Source: a virus (taxonomy: Duplodnaviria; Caudoviricetes). Taken from it: a stretch of DNA of 24,105 nt. Position 1 is the first letter of the stretch; each line of letters begins with the position of its first letter. Below the pieces are notes generated by a model. It ran no database searches. It had not been told where the DNA came from and worked only from the letters and a program-made list of their open reading frames with translations. The stretch covers positions 1 to 24,105 of IMG/VR virus record IMGVR_UViG_3300035109_000009. One strand, 5' to 3'. A program made the position numbers and the translations under genes. Positions 7,135 to 15,794 of this stretch are shown here, piece by piece.

Positions 7135-9339
7135 TCAGCCGTAGTAAGACGCCGCGGTGTAAGGGTCCTGGTAGCTCGGACTAGGGCTCGGCGTGGTGCC
7201 ATGGAACAAAGCATCGATTTCCCTGCGTTGCTTCGCCACTTCCGAAGCTGTGATCATTGAGAGACGGCCAGTATCCACGTACTTCCGGCCGTTCTTCTTA
7301 CCAACCACCGAGGCACCCGCGGGGGTTTTCTCCAGGTCCTGGGCCATTGGCCCGTAGTTGATTCCGGGACGAGCCCCTGGCGTTTGCGGATTCTTATATT
7401 TATAGCTATACGCAGGAGCGTCGGGATAGCCGTCACCGAACGTCGGCGCATTCACCGTCGCGGGGCTGCTGGCGGGCTGGCCGCCGTAGTCGTAGTCCGG
7501 AGTGCCGTAGCGCCCGAAGACCGCTCCCGGGTTCGGTGTGCTTCTCGCCATCGGCGCGCGTCCTGCGAACGTTGGGGCCCTCTCCGGGAGTGACGAAACC
7601 ATCGGCGCGCGGGACGGGAAATCCGTCCTGAAAAGGTCGGAGACGTCATCCCCTGCGGGCTGTATATCCTTCTTCGAACGGATGTCAGACAAACCTTGGC
7701 CAATAGTGTATCCTGCTGCCCCTCCAGCAGCAGCCCCCGCTGGGCCACCCGCGAAGAAACCACCAATAGCACCAGCGCCTCCGACGATTCCACCAATTAG
7801 CTGGTGTTCGAAATTGTTATTCTGGAGCGCTATATCTTTGTCGTAGTTCTTCTGGATAGCTTCCTTCTGCAGACCCACATTGTTCTGCATTTGGATATAT
7901 TGCAGTAGAGCGTCGCGGTCCGCTTGCTGCGTTTGGATACCCATAGTCTCCGATGTGAGTTGACCCTGCTGATTCAGCGTGTTTTGCGCCTCGTCGATTC
8001 CGGCCTGGGTCGTCGCCATGCCGGCGTAGGTCTTTGCAATATCCGCTTGGACGCCTCCCTGATTGACCTGGTTGGTCGCTACGTCGTTAGTGAGGTCCCC
8101 CGCCTGCTTGAATGCGTTCTGCTCAGTCGTCGCGGCGTTGGTATAGCCTTGCTCGGCTGAATTGATGAGCTGGCTCGTGAGCTGCCCGTTGTCGGTGTAG
8201 CCCTTCTCTGCTCCGCTATATAGATTGCTTTGGAGAGCGCCAGCAGACCCGTAGGTCTGTCCCGCCTGGCCGAGCAAATTACCCTGCATCGCGCCAGCCT
8301 GGTTCAGGATATTGGCGCTTCCGGTGAGGGTGTTCGCTGTGAACTGGCGGTTGTTGAGATCTTCCTGTGCGCGGAGGAGGGCCTGCGACTGGTTCATCTG
8401 GCCCATCGCCTCGCCCTGGTTCATGGCAGCGTTCTGCAGTGCTAGCCCGGCGTTACCGCCTCGAGCGCCGGCTGCCATCGCCATCTGCTGCTTCATCGAA
8501 GCATCTGCGCCGGCTTTCAGCTGCAGCTCGGCGACGGAGGGTCCTGCAGGTTTCTGGCCGAGCGCCTGTAGCTGCTGGGCGGCCTTCATCTGGTTCTGGA
8601 AGGCGGCCCCGTTGGCGTCCGCTGTCAGGGCGTCCGCCGCACCAATTTGTCCTTTGTACCCCGCACCGTTCTTCGCGGCGTCAGCCATCGCGTTCGCGGT
8701 CGAGAGCTGACCAAGGGAACCCTGCCCCATCGTCGCTCCCATGAGCGCGTTGGCAGCGGTCATCTGGCCTGTTGCCGCGGCACCGCTCGCAGTACCTACG
8801 AGCCCCGCTGCTGATGCGTCCGTCAGGAGGTTCGTCGCGTCGGCCTCGTGCAGCGAGTTGCCGGCTCCTCCCGCCACGAAATTGACGCCGGTCGTGTCGA
8901 CCTTAGGCGATGCGCGATTGGCCATCGCGTCACCCTGCGCGTTCATCTTCTGCGCAATCAGATTTGCTGGACTGTTAGGGTCCGTATAATTGCCACCTAT
9001 CTCGCTGAAGTGGAGGTCTTCCGGAATACCTGGTACAGGACCCGGACCATTAGTCATCTCAGCGGGGGTTACCGGTGTGCTCTGTCCCGGGGCGGCCCCT
9101 GTATAATCTGGAGCTCCGTAGCTTCCTGAATAACCTGTATGGCTGACGAGCTGACTAGGAGGATTTGACGGCGTTGAAGGGGCAACGACGTTTCCCTGTA
9201 CCACCCCGCCGGTATTGATACCAGTGGTGAGCGGCTTCCGTGGATTTGGGTCAGTACTCGGGTCCGTGTTGACGGGTCCCGTATACTTGTTCGTAGGAGA
9301 GATAGTAGAGCCAATCTGGCCTGCGTACATCACCATCAC
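7135..9339 (-). CDS. Ejection/pilot-like virion protein with C-terminal peptidase S74 intramolecular chaperone (autocleavage) domain, 734 aa
   Basis: Gln/Ala/Gly-rich helical body and a glycine zipper LIGGIVGGAGAIGGFFAGGPAGAAAGGAAG, followed by the S74 signature SDIRSKKDI ... YSYKY ... YGPMAQDLE ... YVD ... terminal helix. Confidence 0.8.
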   Translation of the reverse strand: MMVMYAGQIGSTISPTNKYTGPVNTDPSTDPNPRKPLTTGINTGGVVQGNVVAPSTPSNPPSQLVSHTGYSGSYGAPDYTGAAPGQSTPVTPAEMTNGPGPVPGIPEDLHFSEIGGNYTDPNSPANLIAQKMNAQGDAMANRASPKVDTTGVNFVAGGAGNSLHEADATNLLTDASAAGLVGTASGAAATGQMTAANALMGATMGQGSLGQLSTANAMADAAKNGAGYKGQIGAADALTADANGAAFQNQMKAAQQLQALGQKPAGPSVAELQLKAGADASMKQQMAMAAGARGGNAGLALQNAAMNQGEAMGQMNQSQALLRAQEDLNNRQFTANTLTGSANILNQAGAMQGNLLGQAGQTYGSAGALQSNLYSGAEKGYTDNGQLTSQLINSAEQGYTNAATTEQNAFKQAGDLTNDVATNQVNQGGVQADIAKTYAGMATTQAGIDEAQNTLNQQGQLTSETMGIQTQQADRDALLQYIQMQNNVGLQKEAIQKNYDKDIALQNNNFEHQLIGGIVGGAGAIGGFFAGGPAGAAAGGAAGYTIGQGLSDIRSKKDIQPAGDDVSDLFRTDFPSRAPMVSSLPERAPTFAGRAPMARSTPNPGAVFGRYGTPDYDYGGQPASSPATVNAPTFGDGYPDAPAYSYKYKNPQTPGARPGINYGPMAQDLEKTPAGASVVGKKNGRKYVDTGRLSMITASEVAKQRREIDALFHGTTPSPSPSYQDPYTAASYYG

Positions 9340-9357
9340 CCAAGAGCCGCCAAAAAC
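9333..9357 (-). promoter_or_regulatory. Conserved bipartite motif GTTTTTGGC-N8-GGTGATGG (copy 2), overlapping the start of 7135..9339
   Basis: Minus strand reads GTTTTTGGC GGCTCTTG GGTGATGG, matching copy 1 at 2343..2367. Confidence 0.4.
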
Positions 9358-9377
9358 GGTTCAACAAGGGATTCAGC

Positions 9378-12300
9378 TCAAGCGCGCTCGGTATCGGCCA
9401 GGAGGGGACCGCCACCGAGCTGCGTCGCATCCAGCGTGACGCCGTGATAGTAGGTGATTCCCGGATTCGTGAGCCCAACCGTGGTGTTGGTGATGCGCAG
9501 GCGAATCTCCCCTCCCCTCGGTAACTTGCTCTGCGCCTGCTCCCAGTGCCGGAGAATAGGTTCGCCGGTGGTCTCGATGGTCTGGGGGAAGAGATTGGAA
9601 TCCGTCCAGTTCATCCCGGAGTCGTAGCTGGCCTCCAGCTTGATATTGTCCGCGGTGCTGGCAGTACCCAGGAGCATGATGCCATTGATTTGACCGTAGC
9701 CGACAAGACCAAAGGGCCTGATATCCGTGGTCTCAATCTTGATAGTAGGATAGGCAATTCCGAAGTCCCGAAAAAGACTATCGTCCTGCCAGCCAAGGTT
9801 AGTATCCATATCGGCGACGGTGCTTTTATCATCCCACACGCCTAAGCACTCCAGCGCTTCACCGGCGAGAACACGGGCCACCGTCCATTGCCCGATTCCC
9901 TCTGCATCGGGGTAGTCGTGATGATAGTAAAGGATTGCCCCGTTCGTTGGATTCGTATCGGAATCTACGAACAGGAACTCCGTGCGGGCCTTCTGCGTGC
10001 GGTTCACGATGCCGCGACAGACGGGGTACGTCGCGAGTTCTTTTCTGACCCTCTTGCCGATTGATATGGGCTGACCGTCACCGCGCCGGATGAGATAGAT
10101 ACCGGTGCCCCACTGATCAATACCGGTGAAAAAGATACCGTCCTGCCCCGTGAGGACGCCTCGAGGGTCCTGGCAATTAGCGGTCGTGGTGATGAGCTGT
10201 GGGCTCGGGAACGTGCCTCCGCCGGTGTCGTCGGGGCCGTCTCCGTATGAGGCGAGGTAGATGCCGTTCGTGGCGAGCGCGTAGAGCTTGCCGTCCTGGG
10301 CACCGAGCCCATTGATTCGCCCGGCTCCCGGTATCAGCACCTGGAGCGCTTGATTGTAGGAAGGCGCCGTACCGGGCTGTAGCACCTTCGTGCACCAGAT
10401 GCGCTCGGGGTTCTCCATGTCGACGCCCCAAAGCCGTTGTTGGTGCGTCGTCATCATGAGCGTGGGAGGGGGCGCCGTCGTAGCGAGGAGCCCTTGACCA
10501 CCGGCCGCGACGTAAAGAACCTCATCGACGGCGATTTGCGAGTCCAGATTCGAGTCGGTGTAAGTCGCGTCGGTCGTTGCCGCCGTATGATTATTCGCCC
10601 CGTTGAGGCACCGATAGAAGACTGACCCCCCGGCCAGCGTCCGATAGATGATGGCCTTCACCGGAGACCAATTATCGGATACTCCGGGGCCGCCTTGTTT
10701 TCTCGTGGCGTTGATTGACGGTATGCTGATTGTTACCAGCTGCGTGTTGGTGCCACCTGACAGGGTGATCGAGACGGCGGGTGATGCTGGGCTTTGGTGA
10801 CGATTGCCAGCGGCGTCGGTCCATTCCCAGACGACGCGGTATTGATACACGCCGTCGACGAGTACCCCGCCGGTGCTGGCAGTCGTGAAATTGCCGGAGT
10901 TCACCACGGGCCAAGAGAAAAAAGAGGCCTCGACCAAGCGTTGCCCGTCGTAAATGAGCGGCGTACCTCCACCGAGCACCACCTGACCCTGGCAAGGGGT
11001 CGATAGAAACCGCTTGGATCCGCGGCTCTCGAAGGTCCACGCCTGCACCTGATTGCCGTTTCTGGTTGACGCGCCGATATTGACATAGCCTGAGAACTGA
11101 AACTGCCCGGGAGTGATAGAGGATAGGTCGGCGATACCACCAAGCCCCGTTGTGGCGTTATCGGAGAATAAGGTCACTCGTCCCGATGCAAAATGACACA
11201 CCGGTTGCGGGCCAATGAGACCTATATCAATTCCACCGAGGTCGAGCAGGAGGTAGTGGCTCTGGAACCCAGAAGGGTCGTTGAACCGCGCCACCACGAA
11301 TACGCTTCCGCCTCGAGCCGAGCTATCGGCATAGAAGCGAGAGCCCAAGGTGTAGTTGGCGAAGGTCTGCTGCGCCGCCAACGTCCCCGCATCGACCAGC
11401 GTGTAGAAGTAGAGATGCCCGCGTGGATTCGTCGAAACTGTCGCCGACGTGTAGTTCGAGAGCGCGAGGAGTGATTGTCCCGAGGCGGTGTGAATGATGG
11501 CGAGCTGTCGCCCGTGCTTTGAACCACCGAATCCTGGATTTGTTCTTCCCTTCGCGACGCTCGTTAGCGTCGACGAGAGAACCTGTGATTCGAGGAACTG
11601 CGTCGCGGGGTCATAGCCTACGACGTGGATATTTGTCCCGTACTTCGGGTTCCCCGAGATTGATAGAACCGTCGGCTGCCAGTTCGCCGCACCGGCGTTC
11701 GCCTTCCACGTATATGAACCGGTGATAGTCCCAAACTGATTGATAGTGTCGACAATGACGGCGTTTACTGGTTGGTCGTAATAGGCAAGACACCAGCCGC
11801 TGGTCAACGAATCGACGTCGAAGATGCAGGGCCCGCTCGTGGTAATAGTATCTGTGGGGGCTCCCCAAGTATACGGCTGGAACCCGAAATCCAACTTTGC
11901 AAATTGAAGGACGCTGGTCGTTCCCGCCTTATCCCAAACGGCGGTGACGACATTGGACCCTCCAGCCAGCACGAGTCTTGGTTGCTGAATCGCGGAGGTC
12001 GACCCGATGACTTTCCTTGTCATCAATCGGGTGCCGGACGCTGTATCAATGATGTCGACGCAAACGTCGTTCGTGCTCCCCGTGTTTCCTTGCACGTAGA
12101 GATAGATGACGAACGCGCCGAAGGAAAGACAATCGGACCATTTGATTTGACCCCCTTGGTCCGAGACGATGCCGGTGACGTCCGTGAGACTTGCACGGAG
12201 GGTACAGGATTGACCGTCAAGTCCGGCCTCGCACATCTTGTCGTCCGCCGGTATATATTGGTAGGCGTTGTCGTCGGAGAATAGAAGGCGAGTTCCGTCA

Positions 12301-12527
12301 CCCGACTGCGCGAACCTACGGACCTGAGTGAAGATTGAGTGCGTCTTCGAGATAATCGTCGTACCTAGAAGACTGAAGGCCCCGCGTGTGATGAGGCGAC
12401 CGAGCTGGTCAAATTCCAGATTGTCGCAGGAGACGAGCGTGCCCGGCGGGGCCGTCTGGGGGTTCAGGTCTTGCCTCACGCCGGAGGAGAAGACGATATC
12501 TACGGGTCTCGCGCGCTCGTTCTTCAT
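9378..12527 (-). CDS. Tail nozzle/stabilisation protein (tail tubular protein B / P22 gp10-like beta-propeller), 1049 aa
   Basis: Start re-assigned to ATG 12527, 2 nt after the upstream TAA. N-terminus FSSGVRQDLNP...LVSCDNLEFDQLGRLITRGAF fits nozzle proteins. All-beta, with an inserted Ig/FN3-like domain (GVYQYRVVWEWTDAAGNRHQSPAS...IIYRT...TYTD) and HQQRLWGVD..NPERIWCTK. Lies just downstream of the adaptor. Confidence 0.75.
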   Translation of the reverse strand: MKNERARPVDIVFSSGVRQDLNPQTAPPGTLVSCDNLEFDQLGRLITRGAFSLLGTTIISKTHSIFTQVRRFAQSGDGTRLLFSDDNAYQYIPADDKMCEAGLDGQSCTLRASLTDVTGIVSDQGGQIKWSDCLSFGAFVIYLYVQGNTGSTNDVCVDIIDTASGTRLMTRKVIGSTSAIQQPRLVLAGGSNVVTAVWDKAGTTSVLQFAKLDFGFQPYTWGAPTDTITTSGPCIFDVDSLTSGWCLAYYDQPVNAVIVDTINQFGTITGSYTWKANAGAANWQPTVLSISGNPKYGTNIHVVGYDPATQFLESQVLSSTLTSVAKGRTNPGFGGSKHGRQLAIIHTASGQSLLALSNYTSATVSTNPRGHLYFYTLVDAGTLAAQQTFANYTLGSRFYADSSARGGSVFVVARFNDPSGFQSHYLLLDLGGIDIGLIGPQPVCHFASGRVTLFSDNATTGLGGIADLSSITPGQFQFSGYVNIGASTRNGNQVQAWTFESRGSKRFLSTPCQGQVVLGGGTPLIYDGQRLVEASFFSWPVVNSGNFTTASTGGVLVDGVYQYRVVWEWTDAAGNRHQSPASPAVSITLSGGTNTQLVTISIPSINATRKQGGPGVSDNWSPVKAIIYRTLAGGSVFYRCLNGANNHTAATTDATYTDSNLDSQIAVDEVLYVAAGGQGLLATTAPPPTLMMTTHQQRLWGVDMENPERIWCTKVLQPGTAPSYNQALQVLIPGAGRINGLGAQDGKLYALATNGIYLASYGDGPDDTGGGTFPSPQLITTTANCQDPRGVLTGQDGIFFTGIDQWGTGIYLIRRGDGQPISIGKRVRKELATYPVCRGIVNRTQKARTEFLFVDSDTNPTNGAILYYHHDYPDAEGIGQWTVARVLAGEALECLGVWDDKSTVADMDTNLGWQDDSLFRDFGIAYPTIKIETTDIRPFGLVGYGQINGIMLLGTASTADNIKLEASYDSGMNWTDSNLFPQTIETTGEPILRHWEQAQSKLPRGGEIRLRITNTTVGLTNPGITYYHGVTLDATQLGGGPLLADTERA

Positions 12528-12529
12528 GT

Positions 12530-12964
12530 TTACAGCTTCGTCGACGTCTCCCAGCCGTGCGTGGTGGCGTAGAGCCAAACGAACTGCCAGGCGATGTTGA
12601 GGGTCACCGAAGAAGCGCCATCAACAGTTGAATTCAGCGCCGAGACGACGATGACGTTGGTGGAGTTCGATGCGTTCTTGACCCCAATCCATGCACCGCG
12701 CGAGGTCGGTAGCAGAGGGTCCGGGAGAATCACCGCTTTGCTGCCACCAGTGGGATCAATACGGGCAATCTCCCAGGGACGGGCGTTGTAGATTGCATCG
12801 GTTATCGTCGCGGTTGGAACTATTGGTCCGAACTCTTGCTGGTCGTCACCTTGAAGCTTGGTAATGAGCGCCTGTTCGAATAGAGCGAGCTCCTTCGCGA
12901 GGGACTCCGCGTCGAGCTTGCCGGTGAACTTACCAATCCTCGGGAGAGCAACTTTGCGACTCAC
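12530..12964 (-). CDS. Small tail-associated protein with a fibre-type beta domain, 144 aa
   Basis: C-terminal IDPTGGSKAVILP...GAWIGVKN...TVDG...L.....GW resembles the D-T-x-x-G...LP...G..i.ikd repeat domain of T4 gp34 N-terminal-like and cyanophage structural proteins. It lies between adaptor and nozzle. Confidence 0.55.
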   Translation of the reverse strand: MSRKVALPRIGKFTGKLDAESLAKELALFEQALITKLQGDDQQEFGPIVPTATITDAIYNARPWEIARIDPTGGSKAVILPDPLLPTSRGAWIGVKNASNSTNVIVVSALNSTVDGASSVTLNIAWQFVWLYATTHGWETSTKL

Positions 12965-12971
12965 ACCGGGG

Positions 12972-13745
12972 TCAGAACATTAGAAAACGATTACGGACGA
13001 GCCGATCCACGCGGTCGCGCTCTCCTTGCGTATCCATTCGACGGCCGGGGCCGGCGATGGTCGCGAACTTGAACCGCATCTCTTTCTCCATCTCGTCTCG
13101 TGCTTTCACGATGGAGGCGTAGAGCGCAGTTTCCGTGTTGCCGTTGCGAATGAGCGCGGCAATGGCCGCCTCATACATCACGAAATCTTCGAAGCCAGCA
13201 CGGCCGTCGAAGGTATCGGAGTCCGCCACGAGGTCGGGCATTTCCGGGACGTAAATGATTTCGTATTGATACGCGGAGTCTGTCGCGGGGATGACTTTGC
13301 ACACCTGATTGCCGGCTGCATCTTTCCCCATGATGCGATACATCGCAGGGGGGCCGCGGTAATCGCCGGAGAACCACAGAGGGTTCACTTCATAGCGATG
13401 CCGTTCGGCCATCTCGAACTGCACGAGTGCGCGCGGGGTGTTGTTGTAATAGAAATCCACTCCAATGAGGGACATGAAGTCCGAAGGGAGTGGGACGTAT
13501 TCGTTCGGGGCCCATCCATTGGCGTCCTTCGTGGTCGAAGTGCTAATCGTGAGGAGCCCCGTCCGCTTGCTGTAGAAGTTGGAGCCGCCCGCCGCGGTAA
13601 CGACGTTGATATAGCGCTGGATCGCTTGATTGATGTAGCGATTCAGGCGGGAACTCGGCCAGCGCCCGCCTGATCCACCGTCGGAGATCTCTATGCGGTC
13701 GCAGATGTCGGCCCGCATTTCCCCGAGCGTCCGGTTACGAGCCAC
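12972..13745 (-). CDS. Head-tail adaptor (tail tubular protein A-like), 257 aa
   Basis: N-terminal TLGEMRADICDR...LNRYINQA helix, the YVPLPSDF motif and C-terminal FVMYEAA helix are typical of dodecameric adaptor proteins. Position is after the capsid genes. Confidence 0.75.
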   Translation of the reverse strand: MARNRTLGEMRADICDRIEISDGGSGGRWPSSRLNRYINQAIQRYINVVTAAGGSNFYSKRTGLLTISTSTTKDANGWAPNEYVPLPSDFMSLIGVDFYYNNTPRALVQFEMAERHRYEVNPLWFSGDYRGPPAMYRIMGKDAAGNQVCKVIPATDSAYQYEIIYVPEMPDLVADSDTFDGRAGFEDFVMYEAAIAALIRNGNTETALYASIVKARDEMEKEMRFKFATIAGPGRRMDTQGERDRVDRLVRNRFLMF

Positions 13746-13748
13746 GAC

Positions 13749-14030
13749 TCAGAACCCTCCCGAGGACGTTCCTTCTTCCGGCTTCTCTTCGTCGCCGTCG
13801 CCCTCTTCGTCCTCTTCCTTGCGGTACTGCTCTTCGCACACCGAACGGATGAGCTCGATGAGGGCTGAGACGCGCGCTCCTCGCTGGGCGTTGTCGTCCA
13901 GCGCGGTGTGGGCGAGGTCCTTGAACTCCCCGTCGGAGTCGTCGCCCGTTGGCCCTCCGTCGGCACCCTTCTTCGGAGAACCAAACAGGATACCGACGTC
14001 GATAGAGGGTTTCTTCTTGGGAAACGCCAC
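13749..14030 (-). CDS. Small acidic hypothetical protein, 93 aa
   Basis: Tightly packed (3-nt gaps on both sides), with a basic N-terminus and very acidic C-terminus. Confidence 0.7.
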   Translation of the reverse strand: MAFPKKKPSIDVGILFGSPKKGADGGPTGDDSDGEFKDLAHTALDDNAQRGARVSALIELIRSVCEEQYRKEEDEEGDGDEEKPEEGTSSGGF

Positions 14031-14033
14031 CGC

Positions 14034-14453
14034 TCAGAGGCCTCCGGCCGCAGGACCACGCGAGAACGCGATGTACTCGATGGCGAGGCAATCGCCGTTC
14101 GCCGGATCCAGCGCCGCGCCTGTGGGCCCCTTGCACTGGAGTTGCACGTAGCCGGTACCAACGTCCTTTTTCTGGCAGTTGATATCGGCGACGGTGGACG
14201 AGAGGTCCACCCAGGCCCGGACCGAGCCGTTAGGCGCGGTCGGGAACGTGAACTCGTAGAGCCCCGTGCCTACGCGGGTGATGCCGCATCCCGTAGCGAG
14301 GCGCTGTGGAATCGTCACACCCGAGGGGACCCCGATAGCACCGGTGGGGCTCGGGAGCCCTCCGGTGCCGATGGGAATCAAGCAGGTGAACTCCCGCCTT
14401 CCAATGATAGTGGAGTGGGTGGGAAAATCAGCCTTGACGTCTGCTGCTGCCAT
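14034..14453 (-). CDS. Putative capsid decoration/cement protein, 139 aa
   Basis: Immediately follows the major capsid gene with a strong RBS (AGAAAGGA). Beta-rich, containing ITRVGTGLYEFTF. Function inferred from position. Confidence 0.55.
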   Translation of the reverse strand: MAAADVKADFPTHSTIIGRREFTCLIPIGTGGLPSPTGAIGVPSGVTIPQRLATGCGITRVGTGLYEFTFPTAPNGSVRAWVDLSSTVADINCQKKDVGTGYVQLQCKGPTGAALDPANGDCLAIEYIAFSRGPAAGGL

Positions 14454-14496
14454 GTTGACTCTAGTCCTTTCTAATTAGGAGCCGAAGCCAACAGGG

Positions 14497-15744
14497 TCAG
14501 TTGATGACGAACACGCCAGATGCACCCGGGGCGTTGGACGACATGTTGATGTACGAAACGATGCGGTACTCGTAGTCCATCGTCGTAGACAGACGGAGCA
14601 TCTGGAGGCCGTCCGACATCGACGTCTGGATAACGGGGCCACCGAGGGAGCCCAGCACCCAGTTGTCCATGCGCAGGATATATCCCGTCTTGTACGGAAT
14701 ATGCACGTCCTGGAAGACCTTCATCGTACGGCCACCGGCCACGAACTCGATATAGTCGTATCCAATCTGGGTCTTCGAGTCTTCCAGCTTGCGAATACCC
14801 TTACCCTGCGCCGAGATGTTCAGCTTGTAAAAATCTTCCGGGTGTAGGTACACGCAGTAATCGCCACCGGGAATCATTCCGTTGTAGGAACCGGCCATTC
14901 TGGCCGCCAGTTGCTGAATACGCTCCTCGATACCCAAACCGCTGGAGGCGCTCGCCGGGAGCTTGGAACCCGATAGGCGAACGACGTCCGTTGTACGGGT
15001 GACGCCCCAGAGAGAACCCGGGGTCGTGCTCAGGGTGACGTAGGCAGCGACGCCGGTCATCAGGAGCGTTCCGGTATTGGCTACGCAGGTTCCATCGCGG
15101 AACAAGCTGTCACCAGCAGTGAGGCTCGTGATGTTCGAAGTGGCGTCGACCGTCAGGACGCCGCCGATGTGGTCGATACCAAGGACTTGGCACTTGCCGA
15201 CACGAGGCGTAGTGCTGGTGTTGGTTCCGTCGTCCTGGCAAGCCTGAATGAACTCGTTGAGCTCGAAGCTCGACGCATCCTGAGGCGTGCTCAGGGTGAT
15301 GGTCGTGGATGTAGTCGACGCAACGGTGCCGACAGCGCCACCACCGTTACGCCACATCTGTATGGCGATTTCCTGTGAATGCTGGGTATAAAGACCTTCG
15401 ATTTCCGTCTTCTGGTTCTGAAGGAAGGCCAGCATATTGGAGCGGCTGCCACGAATGACCTTGTCGCCAATGTCAACCTTGGAGAAAAGCTCGGCCATGT
15501 TGGTGATGCTGAACGCAACACCCTTGACGTTGGTGGCGTTGGCCTGGGCGTTAGAAAGCGACTTGCTCGCGATACCCTGTGGGTTTCCGATCCAGAGAGG
15601 AACCTTCCAACCATCAGCACCTACCGCTTCGTTAGTCGCGATACGGCCGTAGAAGGGCTTGTCTCTCTTGGTGAGGTCGTCGATCTTACGGTTATCGAAA
15701 TAGGTCTTCAGGAAGGCGTCGAAGCCAGAAATTGTTGATGCCAC
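14497..15744 (-). CDS. Major capsid protein (HK97 fold), 415 aa
   Basis: Size, position after portal and scaffold, N-arm FDAFLKTYF, spine helix ending QMWRNGGG, an inserted beta I-domain-like segment and C-terminal YRIVSYINM..NAPG pattern. Confidence 0.85.
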   Translation of the reverse strand: MASTISGFDAFLKTYFDNRKIDDLTKRDKPFYGRIATNEAVGADGWKVPLWIGNPQGIASKSLSNAQANATNVKGVAFSITNMAELFSKVDIGDKVIRGSRSNMLAFLQNQKTEIEGLYTQHSQEIAIQMWRNGGGAVGTVASTTSTTITLSTPQDASSFELNEFIQACQDDGTNTSTTPRVGKCQVLGIDHIGGVLTVDATSNITSLTAGDSLFRDGTCVANTGTLLMTGVAAYVTLSTTPGSLWGVTRTTDVVRLSGSKLPASASSGLGIEERIQQLAARMAGSYNGMIPGGDYCVYLHPEDFYKLNISAQGKGIRKLEDSKTQIGYDYIEFVAGGRTMKVFQDVHIPYKTGYILRMDNWVLGSLGGPVIQTSMSDGLQMLRLSTTMDYEYRIVSYINMSSNAPGASGVFVIN

Positions 15745-15794
15745 GTGAGGGACTCCATGGGAGGAGACCGCCTCGGCTTCATATGTGAGGTTCT

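Noticed and set aside
12528-12578. Track starts for 9378..12578, 1532..2230, 553..888, 21678..22295 and 23445..23855
   Set aside because: Each overlaps the upstream gene extensively. Downstream ATGs at 12527, 1948, 735, 22061 and 23762 abut or overlap the upstream stop codons and were preferred.
14454-14500. Possible capsid readthrough/frameshift extension, or terminator (GGC-TTCG-GCT hairpin) after the capsid gene
   Set aside because: An in-frame TAG follows shortly after the TGA, no slippery site was seen, the stem is very short with no U-tract, and the next gene has its own strong RBS.
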